A DNA stretch of 60,586 nucleotides, counting the filler. It is 6 parts of 6 records of this genome, joined end to end, with 100 filler letters (N's around TTAATTAATTAA, not from the genome) between each part and the next. Parts side by side here need not be neighbours in the genome. Positions count along the whole stretch, not along the records: positions 54,385 to 60,586 come from DRR723986_13591; 5 more parts are not named here. One strand, written 5' to 3'. The number at the start of each line of letters is the position of its first letter. Positions within the stretch are counted from its first letter, which is position 1. A program made the position numbers and the translations under genes. This document shows positions 54,910 to 60,586 of the stretch, in pieces. Below the pieces are notes generated by a model. It searched no databases and had not been told where the DNA came from. It was given only the letters and a program-made list of their open reading frames with translations.

Positions 54910-57900
54910 ATGCGTCTGGAATCTCATGCCGGGCGGGGTCCCTGCCATCCAGCCCGCCAATTTCTGCAAACGATGGCCCTTGCATTGGTCCTTGCCGCGT
55001 CGCCAGTTGGCCAGTTCGTGAGAGGCCAGACTCCAGCCGATCCTCCGGTGCATTCCCCAGATACAGCAACCGAAGTGGCAAATCAGGCCGCGGGCGTCGA
55101 GTTCTTTGAGTCCCGCATTCGACCGTTGCTGGTTGCAAACTGCTACGAGTGCCACAATTCGACCGACTCAGCCGAGGGTGGCTTAGCAGTCGATTGGAGA
55201 GAAGGCATTGCGGAGGGTGGGCAACTTGGCAGTCTGCTTGAGGACTACGAAGGCAAGAACCTGCTCCTGAGCGTTGTTCGCCATGAAATCTCGGGCCTCG
55301 AAATGCCCGAAGGTGGTGCGAAGTTGAGCGAACGAGAAATCGCCGACTTGAAAAAGTGGCTCGAGCTGGGAGCACCCGACCCTCGTGACGCGCCACCCGG
55401 AGAGGACGAACTCCGTGAAGCGACCGACTGGTCTGCGCAGCTAGAGCGACGAAAGCAATGGTGGAGTTTCCAGCCGATCAGATCACCAACGCCTCCTAGA
55501 GTTGAGAACGCTAACTGGCCAAGCGACCCAATCGACCACTTTACGCTCAGTCGCATCGAACAAGCGGGGGTTACTCCCGCAGCGCTTGCCGAACCCGCCG
55601 CCTTGATTCGGAGACTGCACTACGCCCTCATAGGACTGCCACCAACGGCGGAGGAAGTCGAGAATTTCACAGCAGCGTGCACCTCACCTGCAACACGGGA
55701 TGCAGCCTACGAGCGGCTCGTCGACCGCCTTCTGAAGTCTGAGCACTTTGGTGAACGCTGGGCGCGACACTGGATGGATTGGGTCCGCTACGCCGACTCT
55801 CACGGTAGCGAAGGTGATCCCGAGATCGTCGGTGCGTACCACTATCGCGACTATCTGATCCGAGCGCTCAACCAAGACATTCCATACAGCGACCTGCTCC
55901 GGGAACACATCGCGGGCGACCTAATCGACACTCCGCGTCTCAATTCTGAACTTGGCATAAATGAATCGGTGATTGGGACCGCCCACTGGAGATTCGTATT
56001 TCATGGCTTTGCTCCGACCGACGCTCTCGACGAACGCGTGCGATTCACCGATGACGCCATCAATGTCATTTCGAAGGCATTCATGGGAATGACCGTCTCG
56101 TGCGCCCGGTGCCACTATCACAAATTCGATGCGATCAGCCAAGATGATTACTATGCGATGTTCGGAGTTGTTAGCTCCGCTCGCCCTGGACGAACGGCCA
56201 TCGACACCGCGGACCGGTTGCTTGCGTCAGCCGAGGAAATGGACCAAATCAAGCACGAGATACGCTCAGGCATGGTCAAGGCTTGGCGAAAAATCGACGC
56301 CGCAGCGCTAGCCAATCGCCTCGCAGCATCTGCGTCAGGCAAGAACCCAGGCGCAATCGCGACCTACTTCAAAGCGCTTGATTCAGCCACCAACAAATCG
56401 CCGGCGAACGATGAGCCAGAGCGGGTAGCGGACGCCCAAAATTCTGACGCACAGACACAACATCTCAATTCAACGCAAATCCTGGACAAGTGGTATGGCT
56501 ATGGGGCTGGCTTAGCAAACGACGCTGACCAGGCAGCCCTTCCGGTTATGGCGATGAAACCTACCAAGGCTGGCTCCTTTACGATGGCGGACAGCCCGAG
56601 CAGGTTGATCGGAAGCATCAACCCCTCGGGGCACTACTCCAACCTTCGCAGCAGCAAGTTGCCGGCGAGACTCACCTCGACGAACTTCACTATCAGTAGC
56701 GGTGATTCGCTGTATCTCCTCGTTCGCGGTGGCGGAGATGCAAGCTTGCGGTACGTCGTCCAAGATTACCCTCGCAACGGAACCGTCTTTCCTGTCCGCA
56801 AGTTAGCCAATGCCAAGAACGCGCGTTGGCACTGGCAGCACTTCGACCTCGATTACTGGAAAGGAGACGTAGCCCACGTTGAACTGGCTCACGCGGCTGA
56901 TGGACCACTACTTGCTCAGCAAGGCGGGCGATCCCACTTTGCAATTCGCAAAGCCTTGATCGTCCCGGAAGGTTCTGATCCACCGGAGCTACCTGCTGAG
57001 GAGCTAGAGCACCTCAAATCACAGGTCGGCTTTCGCCAAGCCGCCACGCCGGACGCCTTCACTCAGGTGCTTCTATCTGCGATCCAGGATGCAACGGCCA
57101 ACTGGACTGACGATACGCTATCGGACGCACAGGCGGTCTTCCTGGACGCCTGCCTGCGGGAGAACCTGCTGCCAAACGCCATTGCCGAACTACCTGCACA
57201 GGCTGGACTTGTTGCCAGGTACAGACAACTAGATTCTGAGATTCCCGAAGCACGGCGGATACCGACCTTGGCCGAACACCAAGGCCAGGACCACCCGCTG
57301 TTTGATCGTGGCGACCACCGACGTCCGCTTCATCAAGTTCCTCGACGGTTCCTAGAGGCCATCGATAACGCGCCTTACAACACAACAACTAGCGGTCGGC
57401 GTGAATTAGCCGAGGACATGCTGCGGCGCGACAATCCCCTCACGCCGCGAGTCATCGCGAATCGCCTTTGGCATCACCTGTTCGGTCGAGGCATCGTTGC
57501 CACTCCGGACAATCTCGGACGCCTGGGAGAACGACCAACGCACCCTGAGTTGCTCGACTACCTAGCAAGCCAACTGCGCGATGAACACGACTGGCGTTTA
57601 AAACCTCTGATCCGACGCATCATCATGTCTTCAACTTGGCGGCAATCCACGCACCCTGCCGATGCGAACGTACTTGAGGCGGATCCAAATAACCTTCTGT
57701 GGGCCCGTGCATCGACTCGCCGATTGGATGCTGAAGCTATTCGCGACTCAGTGTTGCAGGTCAGCGGCGAGCTAGAATACGATCTCTTCGGTGCACCCGT
57801 ATCCGGCAACTCGCTCAGGCGAAGCGTTTACGTACGAGCCAAACGCAACGCGATGGATTCGTTTTTAACAACATTCAATTCGCCAGTACCGTTTTCTACC

Positions 57901-59127
57901 AAAGGACGCAGAGACGCGACCAACGTTCCCGCCCAGTCATTGCTGTTGATGAACTCGCGCTTCGTCGCCCGTCGCGCGCAGGAGTTGATCAAAGGCCAAG
58001 ACACGAGTCGTCCCATGGAGCAAACTGCCTCAAGCTTGTGGCGCGCGATCTTGAAGCGGCCACCAAGTGTTTCGGAGCTTGAGTCAGCGGCACAATTCAT
58101 CTCGGCCCAGACCGGCGACTACCAAGCGGCCGCGGCACAACTTGCAGCCCTAGATCGTGACATTCAGGAACGCCAACTGCTGCTGGACAAGCTGCACCAA
58201 CAAGCAACTCAAACTTGGAGGGCCAGTGCCGAACAGGCAGAAGACGCCGCGCAAATTACCGCACGCATGCCTGCGCCGGTTTGGAGCTTCTCTGCTGGCG
58301 ATGAACAGCCAATTCAAGACCAAGTGGGCAAGCTGGAAGGAACTGCTCGAATCACCGCAGGTGCACTACATCTTGACGGAGGCGGTTGGTTCAGGAGTCC
58401 AACTATTGCGAAGAACCTGACCGAAAAGACCCTGGTCGCTCGCGTGCAACTCGACGATCTCGACCAACGCGGTGGTGGTGTTCTCTCCGTGCAGACTCCT
58501 GATGGACAGGTTTTCGACGCAATCGTTTTTGGTGAGCAAGCACCGAAGAAGTGGATTGCAGGCAGCAACTTTTTCGCTCGCACGCAGGCCTTTGTTGGTG
58601 GGCAGCCTGAATCGATGAAAGGGGCCGACGAGTGGATTCACCTTGCACTCGTGACGACACCAATTGAACCAGCCTCGCCGCCGGGCGAGCCAGCGAGCCC
58701 AATCGCTGAAGTGCGTCTTTACCGAAACGGCAAACCGTACGGGGAACCCTACCGAATCACCGCACACGAATTTACCGCAGATAATTGGCAGGTACTCCTG
58801 GGTATGCGGCACGGAACGTCTGTAGCCGGAAATCGCATGCTATCGGGGCGGCTGAGCGATGCGGCGGTATACGACAAGGCGTTGAATCAGAAGCAAGTTG
58901 CCACGCTAGCAGCAGCCAGTCCACTGCCGCCCAAAGAGCAGCTCATCGCACTTCTTTCCGAGAACGATGCCGCGCAATTTAGACAAGCCACATCAGAGCT
59001 TCAGGGACTGAACGAGCAGAAACGCCACCTTGCCGACACGCCTCCAGAGCAAGATGCTGCTCTACGAGCCTGGTCAGACCTGGCGCATGCACTCTTGAAC
59101 ACAAAGGAGTTTCTTTATGTCCGGTAG
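54910..59127 (+). CDS. Planctomycete cytochrome c / DUF1549 (PSCyt2) / DUF1553 (PSD1) protein with LamG-like insert
   Basis: [84 protein letters not shown]. Start uncertain (54910 or 54973). Confidence 0.9.
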   Translation: MRLESHAGRGPCHPARQFLQTMALALVLAASPVGQFVRGQTPADPPVHSPDTATEVANQAAGVEFFESRIRPLLVANCYECHNSTDSAEGGLAVDWREGIAEGGQLGSLLEDYEGKNLLLSVVRHEISGLEMPEGGAKLSEREIADLKKWLELGAPDPRDAPPGEDELREATDWSAQLERRKQWWSFQPIRSPTPPRVENANWPSDPIDHFTLSRIEQAGVTPAALAEPAALIRRLHYALIGLPPTAEEVENFTAACTSPATRDAAYERLVDRLLKSEHFGERWARHWMDWVRYADSHGSEGDPEIVGAYHYRDYLIRALNQDIPYSDLLREHIAGDLIDTPRLNSELGINESVIGTAHWRFVFHGFAPTDALDERVRFTDDAINVISKAFMGMTVSCARCHYHKFDAISQDDYYAMFGVVSSARPGRTAIDTADRLLASAEEMDQIKHEIRSGMVKAWRKIDAAALANRLAASASGKNPGAIATYFKALDSATNKSPANDEPERVADAQNSDAQTQHLNSTQILDKWYGYGAGLANDADQAALPVMAMKPTKAGSFTMADSPSRLIGSINPSGHYSNLRSSKLPARLTSTNFTISSGDSLYLLVRGGGDASLRYVVQDYPRNGTVFPVRKLANAKNARWHWQHFDLDYWKGDVAHVELAHAADGPLLAQQGGRSHFAIRKALIVPEGSDPPELPAEELEHLKSQVGFRQAATPDAFTQVLLSAIQDATANWTDDTLSDAQAVFLDACLRENLLPNAIAELPAQAGLVARYRQLDSEIPEARRIPTLAEHQGQDHPLFDRGDHRRPLHQVPRRFLEAIDNAPYNTTTSGRRELAEDMLRRDNPLTPRVIANRLWHHLFGRGIVATPDNLGRLGERPTHPELLDYLASQLRDEHDWRLKPLIRRIIMSSTWRQSTHPADANVLEADPNNLLWARASTRRLDAEAIRDSVLQVSGELEYDLFGAPVSGNSLRRSVYVRAKRNAMDSFLTTFNSPVPFSTKGRRDATNVPAQSLLLMNSRFVARRAQELIKGQDTSRPMEQTASSLWRAILKRPPSVSELESAAQFISAQTGDYQAAAAQLAALDRDIQERQLLLDKLHQQATQTWRASAEQAEDAAQITARMPAPVWSFSAGDEQPIQDQVGKLEGTARITAGALHLDGGGWFRSPTIAKNLTEKTLVARVQLDDLDQRGGGVLSVQTPDGQVFDAIVFGEQAPKKWIAGSNFFARTQAFVGGQPESMKGADEWIHLALVTTPIEPASPPGEPASPIAEVRLYRNGKPYGEPYRITAHEFTADNWQVLLGMRHGTSVAGNRMLSGRLSDAAVYDKALNQKQVATLAAASPLPPKEQLIALLSENDAAQFRQATSELQGLNEQKRHLADTPPEQDAALRAWSDLAHALLNTKEFLYVR

Positions 59128-60559
59128 TCCTTTGTCTCACAGTACCTTTGTCGGTCCACGGCGAAGTTTCCTAGGCCGCTCAGCCAGTGGTTTCGGGCTT
59201 GCCGCGCTGGTATCACTGCTTACCCGTAGCTCTGAAGCGGCGACGAACGCCTCTTCGCACCCAGCACTCTGTCTGCCCGTACGTGCCAAGAGCGTCATCC
59301 TGTGCTACATGTCTGGAGGCGTTTCGCATGTCGACTCGTTCGATCCCAAGCCCACTTTGAATCGATTGCACGGCAAGTCGATGCCTGTCGAGGTTGAACG
59401 GACACAGTTCAATAACAATGGCACCATCTTCGGCAGCCCATTCAAATTTACGCCGCGCGGACGAAGCGGCGAACCGTTCAGCGATTTATTTCCGCGGATC
59501 GGCGACTGCGCTGATCACATCGCAGTTGTTCGATCCATGACGACCTCGGTGAATGAGCACGCACAAGGTAATTTTGCTATGCACACTGGCTTCCCATTCC
59601 TGGGCCACCCAAGTGCAGGTGCATGGGTTAGCTATGGCCTTGGAAGTGCGAATGAAAACCTGCCCAGCTACGTCGTCTTGCAAAGCGGTCGTGCGGTGGA
59701 ACCACACGGTGGGGTCGGTTTGTTTTCAAGTGGATTTTTACCTGGTCAACATCAAGCATCCATCCTAGCGGCAGATAAAGAAGAGGCGATTCGGAACATC
59801 AAACCGCTAACAAGCCGCTCTCGGCAACGGCGACAGCTTGATTTCGTCGCCCAGATGGACGAGCGCTTTGCGGCTCGCTCGCAATCCGATCACGTGGAAG
59901 CGGCAATCAAGAATTACGAAACCGCTTTTCAGATACAAGCCTCAGTCCCGCAGCTTTGCGACATCTCTGGAGAAACACAAGCTACGCTGGACATGTATGG
60001 TGTGAATTCGAAACTCCCCAACAAGGCCGCCTACGCACGACAGGCACTGCTGGCCAGGCGCTTAGTCGAGAAGGGAGTCCGCTTCGTCGAACTGTCTTGC
60101 CTAACTGAGAACATTGGTGCCGGAGGAGCGGCCAACCCGTGGGACCAGCACGGCGACCTTGAAAAGGGGCATCGAGCCATGGCTGAGCAAGTCGATCAGC
60201 CAATCGCGGCTCTCATTAAAGACCTGCACCAACGCGGAATGCTGGACGAGACGTTAATCATCTTTACTGGGGAATTCGGCCGAACCCCGTTTTCGCAGGG
60301 CTCGGGTGGTCGAGACCACAACCCATCTGGGTTCAGTCTTTGGTTAGCCGGTGGCGGCATAAAGGGCGGTACCTCGTATGGCGCGACGGACGAACTTGGC
60401 TACCATGCCGTCGAAAACGCAACAACGATATACGACCTCTGGGCGACGGTGCTTCACCAACTCGGCCTCGACCACGAACGGCTCACCTATCGATCCGGTG
60501 GCCGAGACTTCCGCCTGACCGACGTCTTCGGCAATGTCATCAACGACATCTTGGCATAG
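59117..60559 (+). CDS. DUF1501 domain protein (Tat signal)
   Basis: RRSFL, AKSVI...M.GG.SH.D.FDPKP, ARRLVE.GVRFVE, WDQH, GEFGRTP, GRDHNP; overlaps the upstream stop. Confidence 0.92.
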   Translation: MSGSPLSHSTFVGPRRSFLGRSASGFGLAALVSLLTRSSEAATNASSHPALCLPVRAKSVILCYMSGGVSHVDSFDPKPTLNRLHGKSMPVEVERTQFNNNGTIFGSPFKFTPRGRSGEPFSDLFPRIGDCADHIAVVRSMTTSVNEHAQGNFAMHTGFPFLGHPSAGAWVSYGLGSANENLPSYVVLQSGRAVEPHGGVGLFSSGFLPGQHQASILAADKEEAIRNIKPLTSRSRQRRQLDFVAQMDERFAARSQSDHVEAAIKNYETAFQIQASVPQLCDISGETQATLDMYGVNSKLPNKAAYARQALLARRLVEKGVRFVELSCLTENIGAGGAANPWDQHGDLEKGHRAMAEQVDQPIAALIKDLHQRGMLDETLIIFTGEFGRTPFSQGSGGRDHNPSGFSLWLAGGGIKGGTSYGATDELGYHAVENATTIYDLWATVLHQLGLDHERLTYRSGGRDFRLTDVFGNVINDILA

Positions 60560-60586
60560 AGCGCTTCCAGTTCGGATTTAGCGTTT

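Overview
The window is not one locus. It is six unrelated contigs joined by 100-nt N-spacers carrying TTAATTAATTAA (stops in all six frames), so adjacency across spacers means nothing. (1) 1-15850, an FCB-group bacterium (inferred from T9SS C-terminal domains): two tandem Kelch-propeller/T9SS paralogs, a sugar transferase, a divergent Glf-like mutase, two proteins with Cys/Gly tails, a tandem array of four small secreted paralogs with 10-12 Cys each, a 1.6-kb ORF-poor gap, GNAT, ABM-like and PAP2 genes, and a 115-bp repeat at the contig end. (2) 15951-29083, Marinobacter-like housekeeping DNA: yejF', fabI, PilZ, DUF1631, DAHP synthase, cobA, serS, rarA, lolA, ftsK, metZ, purF'. (3) 29184-36726, one 5'-truncated >2500-aa Thr-rich Ig-repeat surface protein with patterned cysteines. 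(4) 36827-46884, gammaproteobacterial LapA-type T1SS locus, a small Arg-rich YxGPERR protein, kbl, tdh, ctaA and acetoacetate-CoA ligase'. (5) 46985-54284, Rhodobacteraceae-like: pyrE', pyrC, hypotheticals, and a CoxD-like AAA / CoxE-like VWA pair split by two secreted-protein genes. (6) 54385-60586, planctomycete DUF1549/DUF1553 cytochrome plus DUF1501. The best candidate for an undescribed system is the four-gene cysteine-rich secreted array (9862-12085) and its Cys-tailed neighbours. Next are the possibly disulfide-stapled giant adhesin and the putative c-di-GMP-binding mini-protein beside the Lap T1SS. All family assignments come from motif recognition; no database search was run.
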